From positions 19,147 to 83,146 of IMG/VR virus record IMGVR_UViG_3300020048_000032: a DNA stretch of 64,000 nucleotides; one strand, 5' to 3'. How positions within the stretch are numbered: position 1 is the first letter of the stretch; each line of letters starts with the position of its first letter. The notes beneath the pieces were generated by a model that saw only the letters and a list, made by a program, of their open reading frames with translations, had not been told where the DNA came from and did not search any database. Position numbers and translations under genes: made by a program. Shown in pieces: positions 17,530-25,400 of this stretch. The DNA comes from a virus. Taxonomy: Duplodnaviria > Heunggongvirae > Uroviricota > Caudoviricetes.

Positions 17530-17643
17530 TTTCTTGGCAAGGAATCGTCACCTTGCACTGCTGTCCTAATTGGTGTTCACCGTCCCAGCACACCAGCAAA
17601 ATTGAACCAAACCTGTTGCGTCTCACTTTTCCGCCACAAGAAA
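17530..17643 (-). ncRNA. tRNA-like structured RNA element, copy E3 (divergent)
   Basis: Closing stem TTTCTTG/CAAGAAA; GCG-GAAAAGTGAGA-CGC; hairpin GCAAGG-TGACGATT-CCTTGC. Confidence 0.4.
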
Positions 17644-19191
17644 TATTAATGTAGGCGTTCCAATCCTACTTCCGTCGCTGGCTTACTCAATCCTATAAGA
17701 GTTACCTTGGCGTTATCGACGAACCTTTCGGGTGTTTCCCAACTCCTGGATGGTTATCCGATTCTGTCGCATACTGGCATATGCATTGAACTTTGTTACA
17801 TACTCTCCATATGTAGTCCAACTAGAGACTCTTTTTTCGTAAAGAAAGAGCCTTAAACGTTAAAATGGTCTGGATTATTTATCACTATTCTAGCATGGCG
17901 CTAGCGCCATGCCGCCATACAGGGGCGGAGGGAGCCAATGTCGAACCTTACTCTATCCATCATTCGAGTTCGTGGCATCGGGAATTTTAGCTCTACCCGT
18001 AAGAGTACTAGTTATAGGTTTATCGTCTCCAGACCGACTAGATAGCATACTATCATCTGACCTAGTTTCCGTCTCATAGGCTGACAGTGAATACTTACGT
18101 TTCACATGAAAGGATTGCTCCCTTATTCTGGTTGATTACGAGCCATAACTCGCTTTCGCCCGCGCATTTACGAGCCCTAGGTTGCTGGTTTAGCGACACG
18201 GCTTGTCGGATAGTCTGTGGATTGTGGCCACATTCTCATCATGATGGTGTATGCACTCTCCCTTTAAACTCAAGCTTCATGAGTACCATCACTAATACCG
18301 TTCTCTTTGGCACACGGTAACACTGTGCGATTGGCAATACCGCCTATTTCACTGTCGTCGGGTAAGCAACGTATAGTTCTTAAGGAACCACAAATTAAAT
18401 CGCGATTAATCTGCAGTCCCTCATCCCGCTCATACGTCAGGATTGCCACAGCGAACTATAAAGTCTTATCTTCTAGTGGTATCTATACGAAGATATCGTG
18501 GTGTAGATTTTGTTTACGTGTTCCTCGCGAGTCTACGCTTTTTTGTCCTACAAACACTAGCCTTATTCTGTAGCTTAACATAATACGCTTCTTAGGGCGT
18601 CAAATTTGCTCCCTTTTCTGGAAGACTTTCGCTCGTTTTTGAGACCATACTCACATGGTTAGTGAGAACTAATAGACCTTGCGAGGTTATAGTATTGGCC
18701 ATAGAGTGAGCATTTTTATAACTTGCTCAGGTTAACACATTTTATATATACCCCGTACTAGATAGAGGAGCTGCCCTTGATGTTACTCCAGGGAAACAGC
18801 AGTGTATTGGTAGTTTTTAGACGTGTCCGGTCTTGTATATTACCACATAGTGGTTTATACCAATTTAGGTACCAACTGTCGGACTTGCACCGACATCCCC
18901 CGTGGTCATCGCCCATATTGAGTGGACGACTACTGACAGGGCCTCTGCTAATTGATAAGTAGGTTGGTATAATGATGGTTCCGCCTGCGGTTTTACGCAT
19001 ACTGTAGCGACGCCTATTGAAGGTCGTTAGTCTTCTGTCTCTGGATTAACAGTCCAGTATGTTACTTTACACTATTTAGGTTTTTCAAGTGGCGAAACCG
19101 TGAAGTAGTAAATGGATTTTGTCGAGAGGTTTGCTCCGGAGCTACTCAGTTTTGTTCCATTTCACGCGGCCATTATAACGACCGCATATTA

Positions 19192-19845
19192 TTAGTCTAC
19201 TTTTTCGAATACATCTAAAACATATCCTAAAGCATCTTTCTTACGGGTATTCCTTAATAGGATACTCTCATCTATTTTAATCTTTCCATTCTCATCGGTT
19301 ACTACATCATTGCGACCTGTAACAGTAAATAAATATTCTCTAGCATACCATTCTTCCAAGAAATGATAATTCTCTTTTGGCAACCTGCCTACAATATTTG
19401 CAGGCGTATGCTCTGGAACAGGTTTATAATCTACTACAGCAATTGATACGTTTAAGTGATTCCTACTGTCCAGCTTAGCACCATGAATATGACCATGGAT
19501 ATTTAATACTGAGTCATTAACCTTGATGGGTTCGTGACTAAGCACAATGCGTTTAGTAAAATAAATAGGTCTATCATGCACTTCTGTAAAATAAGTATAG
19601 TACTCATTAATAGGCCTGTTGTCATGATTTCCCATAATAAGAATTTTCCTGCCATTCAATTTGCGAACATTTTCTGCTTCGCCTATATCACCTAGGATAT
19701 AGAGTACATCATTTAATTTAACTACTTTATTAATTTGTTCTATAATAAAATTGTCATGTTCTTGAATTGTTGAAAACTGCGTTCTCTCGAACTTTAAAAT
19801 ATTAGCATGACCGAAGTGAAGGTCAGAGATAAAGTATGTGTTCAT
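19192..19845 (-). CDS. calcineurin-like metallophosphoesterase (candidate end-healing phosphoesterase for RNA repair)
   Basis: Motifs SDLHFGH, LGDIGE, MGNHDN, HGHIHG. Confidence 0.7.
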   Translation of the reverse strand: MNTYFISDLHFGHANILKFERTQFSTIQEHDNFIIEQINKVVKLNDVLYILGDIGEAENVRKLNGRKILIMGNHDNRPINEYYTYFTEVHDRPIYFTKRIVLSHEPIKVNDSVLNIHGHIHGAKLDSRNHLNVSIAVVDYKPVPEHTPANIVGRLPKENYHFLEEWYAREYLFTVTGRNDVVTDENGKIKIDESILLRNTRKKDALGYVLDVFEKVD

Positions 19846-19867
19846 GTGACCTCCTATAGGTGTTCTG

Positions 19868-21058
19868 TTAGTCTTGTGCTTTATAATTAAATAACGTTTT
19901 AAGATGTGTTACTACTTCATATTGCTCAGACACCAACTTCTTAATTTCTTCCGCTGGTTTATATGCATCTGGTGCTTCATCCAAAGTACTTTCATTTACA
20001 GAAGCTGACCAAATGTCTTTCATAGTTTCTTTGAAGTCTTCTACGTTCAAGGTTTTCTTAGCAGTAGACCTGCTCATGGTTCTACCCGCACCATGGGGCG
20101 CAGAATTGTTCCAGGTGAGGTTTTCTTTACCCTGGCATATTAACGTGCCGTCTCTCATATTAAGAGGAACCAGGAATAACCCCGAGGCTCTAATAGCACC
20201 CTTACGAAGAATCATTTCATTGAAATCAATATAGTTATGTACTGATTCAATTTTTTGTCCGACTATCCAACCCATTTTATTAAAAATAGTTTCAGCAATC
20301 ATTCTTCTATTTTTGTAAGCAAACATCTGCGCAATCTCCAAATCATTAAGGTAAGCACCCATTTCAGTTCCTGTTAAAAACGCTAAGTCTTTACTTTGGT
20401 TTAATTCATCTTCGTGAGCTTCCTTATAAGCTTTAACTTCTCTTTCAATTTCTTGAGCTTTGCCTTCTACTTTTAATCTTGCGATTAATGCCTGTACTCC
20501 AGAATTCTTAACTAAGTCTTCTGCTTTATCTTGATGATGACGCGCTACCTGTAAGCCCAGGTTTCTCGAACCTGTATGGATAATCAAGTAATGATTTGTC
20601 CCATCCGATTCAACAGAAATAAAGTGGTTTCCTCCTCCAAGAGTACCCATAGAACATTTAATTCTACTTGCTGTCTTCGCGGGCAAAGGAGTAGATAATC
20701 CAGCTAATAAGAATCCTACATCAAAATTCTCTACTTCGTGTACCTGCATTCCTGATGGTATGTAATTGTTTATTACGGATTGTAGCTGTTCAAAATCAAT
20801 ATCCTGGGCAGGAATCTTATATGCAACTACACCACAGCCAATATCAACACCAATTAAATTTGGTACAATACGGTCTGTAATAGTCATAGTTGTTCCAATA
20901 ACACAACCAGCTCCTGCATGGACATCTGGCATAATAACAATATTTGAATTCAAAGAAGCAGGGTGACTAATAAGTCTTGCAATTTGTGCAATGGCCTCTT
21001 GCTCAATGTTATCAGTTGTAACTAATGCATTAGCGTATTTTCCTTTTAGTTCAAACAT
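19868..21058 (-). CDS. rtcB: RtcB-family RNA ligase (3'-phosphate/5'-hydroxyl)
   Basis: 396 aa; GGNHF motif, metal-binding His/Cys pattern, C-terminal NSAPHGAGR. Confidence 0.85.
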   Translation of the reverse strand: MFELKGKYANALVTTDNIEQEAIAQIARLISHPASLNSNIVIMPDVHAGAGCVIGTTMTITDRIVPNLIGVDIGCGVVAYKIPAQDIDFEQLQSVINNYIPSGMQVHEVENFDVGFLLAGLSTPLPAKTASRIKCSMGTLGGGNHFISVESDGTNHYLIIHTGSRNLGLQVARHHQDKAEDLVKNSGVQALIARLKVEGKAQEIEREVKAYKEAHEDELNQSKDLAFLTGTEMGAYLNDLEIAQMFAYKNRRMIAETIFNKMGWIVGQKIESVHNYIDFNEMILRKGAIRASGLFLVPLNMRDGTLICQGKENLTWNNSAPHGAGRTMSRSTAKKTLNVEDFKETMKDIWSASVNESTLDEAPDAYKPAEEIKKLVSEQYEVVTHLKTLFNYKAQD

Positions 21059-21073
21059 GTTGCCCTCTTTCTT

Positions 21074-21544
21074 TTATAGACACTTTCTCAAGTCACTAAT
21101 TAATATACAGTCTCCCTCTTTAATAAATGTGAACAGACTATCCTTAAAATAAAGGGGTTGCACTCTTTCATTTTCTTTAAGTAGACAAAGTGTAATATAT
21201 CCACCAAAAATAGTATTTACATTCCTTCTTGCAATACAATACCCGCTTGGAGTATCAAATGATTTAATAATTACCTTCTCGTCTTCTGTTAAGGTATATC
21301 TAGGCAGCAGCCTAATCTCCTCATTCATAAGTAAGCTTACTGATTCCCAATATGAAACATAAGGACCATCCCAGTTATAATTTACCCTAATAGTACCAAT
21401 ATCCCCAATTTCTAAAATGGTTATAATGCCGTGGTCTCCGCATTCGAATGGTACATTAAGTGTTATTCCAAGAGAATCTATAAAGTCTTTTGTTGTCATC
21501 AGTCGCATATGTGGACTCCTTTGTTTTTTAAGTTTAATACACAT
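21074..21544 (-). CDS. hypothetical protein, paralog family A
   Basis: MTTKDFIDSLGI...YTLTEDEKVIIKS...ISDLRKCL. Confidence 0.55.
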   Translation of the reverse strand: MCIKLKKQRSPHMRLMTTKDFIDSLGITLNVPFECGDHGIITILEIGDIGTIRVNYNWDGPYVSYWESVSLLMNEEIRLLPRYTLTEDEKVIIKSFDTPSGYCIARRNVNTIFGGYITLCLLKENERVQPLYFKDSLFTFIKEGDCILISDLRKCL

Positions 21545-21873
21545 TCATTTAAATATTGAGTAGTATGTTCACAGTATATTGGATGCCAGTATGGTATCAC
21601 TAATGCGGTGCTTAAGCTAAGCATGGGTGCGGTCTTGCCGCGATAACGACTATCTTCCCAAACAGGGTCTACATTATAACCACGTCGTTCCATTTCTTGC
21701 ATAACTAATCTATGGTATCCAACTAAGCAACCATAATCATGTTCAAATACGTAATTAACTGTTGCATGAGGTTTACCCCATCCATTTCCACGAAGTGCAC
21801 AGCATTCACGATGCTGACCTAACAGCTGTTGTCGTGGTAACTTAGTAATTAAATCTTGGTGCCAAAGTCTCAT
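21499..21873 (-). CDS. pyrimidine-dimer DNA glycosylase (T4 endonuclease V / DenV-like)
   Basis: N-terminus [29 protein letters not shown] parallels T4 DenV [45 protein letters not shown] segment also matches. Confidence 0.5.
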   Translation of the reverse strand: [124 protein letters not shown]

Positions 21874-22259
21874 TTACTTGGCTCCAATATATCTATAATG
21901 GTACGCGCATAATTAAGTAGACGCTCCTCAGTCAATGAATAAACCTCATGATTTTTAACCTCAAAGCAAATCCACTTAGGTGCTATGTAAGTACTCGACA
22001 GACCATTAATCCCATAACACCATCGCAAGGCATCAAGGTCTTTTTGTGAAGTAATATAATACAACCAAGTAGAATCTGCAGCTCCGTTTAAATAGAGTTC
22101 ATGCTGTTTCATTTTATTGCAAACATCAAACGCATTCCCATTAAGTTCAGTTTCGCGTTCTTCTGCTTCTTCTCTTGTATTCCATTGGCTTTTGTCACTG
22201 GCCTCAAACTTAGTTATAGTTGTTACCACGGTGTGTTTTACTTCAGTAATTTGTTTCAT
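21870..22259 (-). CDS. hypothetical protein
   Basis: ORF track; consensus sigma-A-like promoter 25 nt upstream. Confidence 0.55.
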   Translation of the reverse strand: MKQITEVKHTVVTTITKFEASDKSQWNTREEAEERETELNGNAFDVCNKMKQHELYLNGAADSTWLYYITSQKDLDALRWCYGINGLSSTYIAPKWICFEVKNHEVYSLTEERLLNYARTIIDILEPSK

Positions 22260-22284
22260 CTTGGTACCTTATCTTTCTAAAAAC

Positions 22285-22313
22285 ATTATATCATATTTTA
22301 GTTACTTTGTAAA
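22285..22313 (-). promoter_or_regulatory. sigma-A-like promoter: TTTACA, 17 nt, TATAAT
   Basis: Conserved block. Confidence 0.6.
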
Positions 22314-22329
22314 TAACTATTTAATAAAT

Positions 22330-22403
22330 TGGCGGGAACACTAGGAATTGAACCCAGGTCAGTGAGGTTGGAGCTCACGATTTTGCCACTAAACTATATT
22401 CCC
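22330..22403 (-). tRNA. tRNA-Trp(CCA): tRNA-Trp(CCA)
   Basis: Hand fold: acceptor GGGAATA/TGTTCCC, anticodon arm GTGAG-CTCCAAC-CTCAC, T-arm CTGGG-TTCAATT-CCTAG, G-CCA. Confidence 0.8.
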
Positions 22404-22404
22404 A

Positions 22405-22479
22405 TGGTTGCTCGGAAGGGATTCGAACCCTCGACCTCCGGGGTATGAACCCGACACGCTACCGCTGCGCTACCCAGCT
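22405..22479 (-). tRNA. tRNA-fMet(CAT): tRNA-Met(CAT), initiator-like (three G:C pairs in anticodon stem; 1:72 mismatch)
   Basis: D-arm GCGC-AGCGGTA-GCGT; anticodon arm TCGGG-TTCATAC-CCCGG; T-arm GAGGG-TTCGAAT-CCCTT; ...CCGAGCA-A-CCA; acceptor has an A1 x A72 mismatch. Confidence 0.6.
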
Positions 22480-22646
22480 ATAAATTAAATTGTCGGAAAG
22501 GTTAGATTGGTTACTAACACTCGTTGCTATTCCCTACTCCCCCGTAGTGGGCATATCTTCGATATACCTGGTTCACCTCGGCAGAGGGTTATATTCACAA
22601 CATCCCTCCCATGAGGGTGCGCTTGATTTATCGCTACTTTCCGATA

Positions 22647-22722
22647 TGGTGCCCTCTCGGTGAATCGAACACCGATTTGATGCTTACAAGGCATCTGTAA
22701 TAGCCTTTATACATAAGAGGGC
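22647..22722 (-). tRNA. tRNA-Thr(TGT): tRNA-Thr(TGT)
   Basis: Acceptor GCCCTCT/AGAGGGC; D-stem TGTA/TACA; anticodon arm GATGC-CTTGTAA-GCATC; T-arm CGGTG-TTCGATT-CACCG; A-CCA. Confidence 0.75.
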
Positions 22723-22727
22723 ATTTA

Positions 22728-23147
22728 CTACATATGCTTATCTGAATATTTTTTACGACCTACTCTACCATTTCCCATGTTTAGACTCCGGTAAGTTGAA
22801 GTTAAACTGTGACAATTAGGACACAACAATGTTAGATTATCCTCTGACATATTGTCATGATGTCCATCGATGTGCTCTACTTCCAAAGGTATTCTACCTG
22901 TAGTATGATTTATCTGATGCCACCCACACTGTGCACATTGACTGTCATACTTCTCGAATAGGTATCTCCTAACATGGCTAGATATTGAATATTCACCTGC
23001 TGCACCACTGACCGCTCCGATTTTCCACTTATCAATAAAACTCTTATATTGATAATTAAGTTGACACTTTTGTGAGCAGTATTTAGTTGCTCTGTGTTTG
23101 TATATTAATTCTTTTCCACAATGTATACAATGCTTTTCTTTCCTCAT
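22728..23147 (-). CDS. HNH homing endonuclease with N-terminal zinc ribbon
   Basis: CIHCGK...CSQKC; EVEHIDGHHDN...CPNCH (HNH motif); sits inside the tRNA cluster. Confidence 0.7.
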   Translation of the reverse strand: MRKEKHCIHCGKELIYKHRATKYCSQKCQLNYQYKSFIDKWKIGAVSGAAGEYSISSHVRRYLFEKYDSQCAQCGWHQINHTTGRIPLEVEHIDGHHDNMSEDNLTLLCPNCHSLTSTYRSLNMGNGRVGRKKYSDKHM

Positions 23148-23174
23148 TACTCATCCTTTCTAAGGTGTTCGGAT

Positions 23175-23203
23175 GTAAGCCCCAGATGAGGGGGCTTACT
23201 TTT
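23175..23203 (+). terminator. strong GC stem-loop followed by a T-run on the plus strand
   Basis: GTAAGCCCC-agatgag-GGGGCTTAC-TTTT. Confidence 0.35.
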
Positions 23204-23381
23204 ACCTATATAATACTTGCAAATATTATACAGAACCATTAAATCTTATTGCCCTCAGTAAGTGTGCATTGTTAAGAGGCATCTGAGGTACTGTCAATAC
23301 TGAGCAACCAGCGGGACTTTAACCCACATTCTCCACACAATCACACGTGTGCCATTCTAATTAAAATATGGTTGCATAAGT

Positions 23382-23460
23382 TGGACGAGGAAGGAGTTGA
23401 ACCTTCATACCTAAACTTGTTAACTGAGCACTCAACGCTTTACCCTTAAGCTACTCGTCC
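23382..23460 (-). ncRNA. tRNA-like gene with aberrant anticodon arm (pseudo-tRNA or non-canonical tRNA)
   Basis: Perfect acceptor GGACGAG/CTCGTCC, D-arm GCTT-AAGGGTA-AAGC and T-arm GAAGG-TTCAACT-CCTTC, but I found no 5-bp/7-nt anticodon stem-loop. Confidence 0.35.
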
Positions 23461-23590
23461 ATATGATGCCTGTTGTTTAAACAGGGAGGCATCACCCTAT
23501 GCCACAATTGTTACTGACGGAATGTGGGAAACCAATGTCATGAATCATCAGTTTAATTAGGAGATGAAACTGATAAAGAACCTTAAAATT

Positions 23591-23677
23591 TGGTGAGTTA
23601 GGTAGGATTCGAACCTACGAACCCGTTCAGGGGACAGAGTTACAGTCTGCCTGCTTTAACCACTTGCATACTAACCC
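23591..23677 (-). tRNA. tRNA-Tyr(GTA): tRNA-Tyr(GTA), class II
   Basis: Acceptor GGGTTAG/CTAACTC; anticodon arm GCAGA-CTGTAAC-TCTGT; variable arm hairpin CCC-TGAAC-GGG; T-arm GTAGG-TTCGAAT-CCTAC; A-CCA. Confidence 0.75.
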
Positions 23678-23678
23678 A

Positions 23679-23755
23679 TGGTGGACCATGTAGGACTTGA
23701 ACCTACAACCAACCGGTTATGAGCCGGGAGCTCTGCCAATTGAGCTAATGGTCCA
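23679..23755 (-). tRNA. tRNA-Met/Ile(CAT): tRNA-Met(CAT) elongator type, or tRNA-Ile(CAT, lysidine)
   Basis: Acceptor GGACCAT/ATGGTCC; D-arm GCTC-AATTGGCA-GAGC; anticodon loop CTCATAA; T-arm GTAGG-TTCAAGT-CCTAC; A-CCA. Confidence 0.7.
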
Positions 23756-23944
23756 GATGAGGCATTTGATAACTGAGTGCCTCGACTCAGGACCTCTCGG
23801 TCACCAAGTATCAAAAGTAATGCAGGAGTATGTAAACGGTGAGTAATTCCGTTAACACCAATAAGTGCAACTTTAGGTAAGTTGCCAACCCTTCTAAGGA
23901 GGTAATCAAGAATATGTAAACAGTTATCACTCTGTTAACATTAA

Positions 23945-24150
23945 ATGTTGGGAACTGCTGGACTCAAACCAGCAACGATAGTTTTATAGCGCGCATCTTC
24001 CTATCACCAGGGTCTAATCCCCAGCTCGTATTTCAATTCCGACAAGTTCCCATAGATGAGGGGTTTGTAGGAGTTGAACCTACCGTAGTCTGCCGACTAC
24101 CGACCGCAGTATAGTGGAGTTGAACCACTCAGCACGTGCAGAAGCTGCCA
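23945..24150 (-). ncRNA. three further T-arm-containing tRNA-like segments that I could not resolve into canonical cloverleafs
   Basis: Minus strand motifs GCTGG-TTTGAGT-CCAGC+AGTTCCC, AGTGG-TTCAACT-CCACT+ATACTGC, GTAGG-TTCAACT-CCTAC+AAACCCC. Confidence 0.3.
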
Positions 24151-24160
24151 ATTTACCCTC

Positions 24161-24194
24161 ATAAATAAATACTATAGATAATGTTTATAAGTTA
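24161..24194 (-). promoter_or_regulatory. promoter class 2 (TAACTT, 15 nt, AG, TATTTATTTA) reading into the tRNA cluster
   Basis: Aligned copy; first downstream elements are tRNA-like genes. Confidence 0.5.
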
Positions 24195-24617
24195 AGCAAT
24201 CTTAGTAAATCTTTCGCAATATGTGTCGTATTCTTTCTTTGCTTTGTTATACTCAGCTGTTAGAATTTCTATTGGAGTTGGCTCTGTGCCAAACAAGGAA
24301 ATTTGCTCTGGTTCACTTAAGCGGATAGTTGCTTTCTCTAATTCCAATTTATGATGATAGAAATCTGATGCATACCCTACGTCAATCATTAAGCCTAGCT
24401 GGTGAGCTAAACTTAGATTGTTCTGTGGGCGATATGTATACAGTCGTCCAGTTTTAGAATAAGTTACGTATACTCTGGTCTTATCCCCAGGATAGTAAGT
24501 TCTTTTCCCGTCGGCATCTACTTGCCAACCTGAACCAGGGTGATTAATAGAGCCATTAGGATTCTTTTCCATAAAAGCTTTTTGTACATCCTCAAACATA
24601 ACTTTTATTGTTAGCAT
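24192..24617 (-). CDS. hypothetical protein
   Basis: ORF track. Confidence 0.5.
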   Translation of the reverse strand: MLTIKVMFEDVQKAFMEKNPNGSINHPGSGWQVDADGKRTYYPGDKTRVYVTYSKTGRLYTYRPQNNLSLAHQLGLMIDVGYASDFYHHKLELEKATIRLSEPEQISLFGTEPTPIEILTAEYNKAKKEYDTYCERFTKIA

Positions 24618-24632
24618 GTTGTGCTCCTTTTG

Positions 24633-24824
24633 TTACAGTAGAGTTGTTAGCAAATCTCCATACCCTACAAACATAAACTTTGCATTTTTCGTCATGTTCG
24701 TCTCTGGGTCATAATATCCTTTAATAAGGTAGTTAACGTCCTTAAGTCTTTTCTTACCGTCTTGGAATACTTCTATAAATCCAATTACTTTAAAATTTTT
24801 ATCTTTTAAGATTAGTCTTTGCAT
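24633..24824 (-). CDS. hypothetical protein
   Basis: ORF track; AAGGAGGA RBS; long structured 5' leader. Confidence 0.5.
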   Translation of the reverse strand: MQRLILKDKNFKVIGFIEVFQDGKKRLKDVNYLIKGYYDPETNMTKNAKFMFVGYGDLLTTLL

Positions 24825-24908
24825 TTAATCCTCCTTAGTATACTGCGGCCAGATATTCTACAATTACGTATTACTATCCGGCCGGGTATTTCATTTTTCA
24901 TCCTATGA

Positions 24909-24937
24909 CATTATATCATACAATTTAATATTTGTAA
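24909..24937 (-). promoter_or_regulatory. sigma-A-like promoter: TTTACA, 17 nt, TATAAT
   Basis: Conserved block; followed by an approximately 85-nt leader containing a 10-bp stem (CGGCCGGATA...TATCTGGCCG). Confidence 0.6.
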
Positions 24938-24941
24938 ACAA

Positions 24942-25397
24942 TTATTTTAAGAAATGTTCTAAGTCTTCGCATGCGCCTTTTAACTCTGATACTGCGGCAC
25001 GTGCTTGTCTATAAGCGTCGCGCAGTAGTGTTGCTATGGCTCGATTGGATTCCACCTGTCCATCAATAACACCTAGGACTGATTCACGCTCTGCTATGAG
25101 ATAAGATTCTATTTCATTTATCATTTCAAAAACGCTTTCAAAAGAGGTCTCACCTGTAACTTGAGCTTCTGATACAGGCACAAAGTCCTGATTCCGCGCA
25201 ACGGCTTGATTAGTATCCATTGCAGAATGGTCATTACCTTCTTTTTTCTTTTCTTTTATTTGCTGGATGCCACTTAGTTTACTGACTCTTCCGGCCGAAA
25301 AGTCTTGACTCACGGCTTCCTTCACTGCTGTTTTGGGTTGTTCTAGCGTAGCTAAAAGGTCCACCATAAGTTTATCATACGAACCGCCTTGGGCCAT
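24942..25397 (-). CDS. hypothetical protein
   Basis: ORF track. Confidence 0.5.
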   Translation of the reverse strand: MAQGGSYDKLMVDLLATLEQPKTAVKEAVSQDFSAGRVSKLSGIQQIKEKKKEGNDHSAMDTNQAVARNQDFVPVSEAQVTGETSFESVFEMINEIESYLIAERESVLGVIDGQVESNRAIATLLRDAYRQARAAVSELKGACEDLEHFLK

Positions 25398-25400
25398 AGG

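Larger units (their letters stand above)
16332..19191 (-). other. 2.9-kb ORF-free, relatively G+C-rich, hairpin-dense block; contains tRNA-like modules and most likely one or more large structured ncRNAs
   Basis: No ORF over 115 aa on either strand; composition visibly different from the flanking coding DNA; T-arm plus acceptor plus CCA modules at 16390-16425, 16795-16830, 17086-17125; E2 and E3 elements inside. Confidence 0.5.

Noticed and set aside
17147-19000. Small ORFs 17147..17488(+), 18087..18320(+), 18307..18573(+), 18777..18962(+), 18758..19000(-)
   Set aside because: No RBSs, mixed strands in a region otherwise strictly minus-strand, Ser/Leu/Cys/Pro-rich random-looking translations. 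They lie inside the structured non-coding block.
16332-19191. Possibility that the ORF-free block is an rRNA fragment or a group II intron
   Set aside because: I found no 16S/23S universal motifs (for example GTGCCAGCAGCCGCGGTAA or GGATCACCTCCTT), no domain-V-like RAGCYGUAUG...CACGUACGG segment, and no reverse-transcriptase ORF. A group I intron is not excluded but I saw no P7/P3 core.
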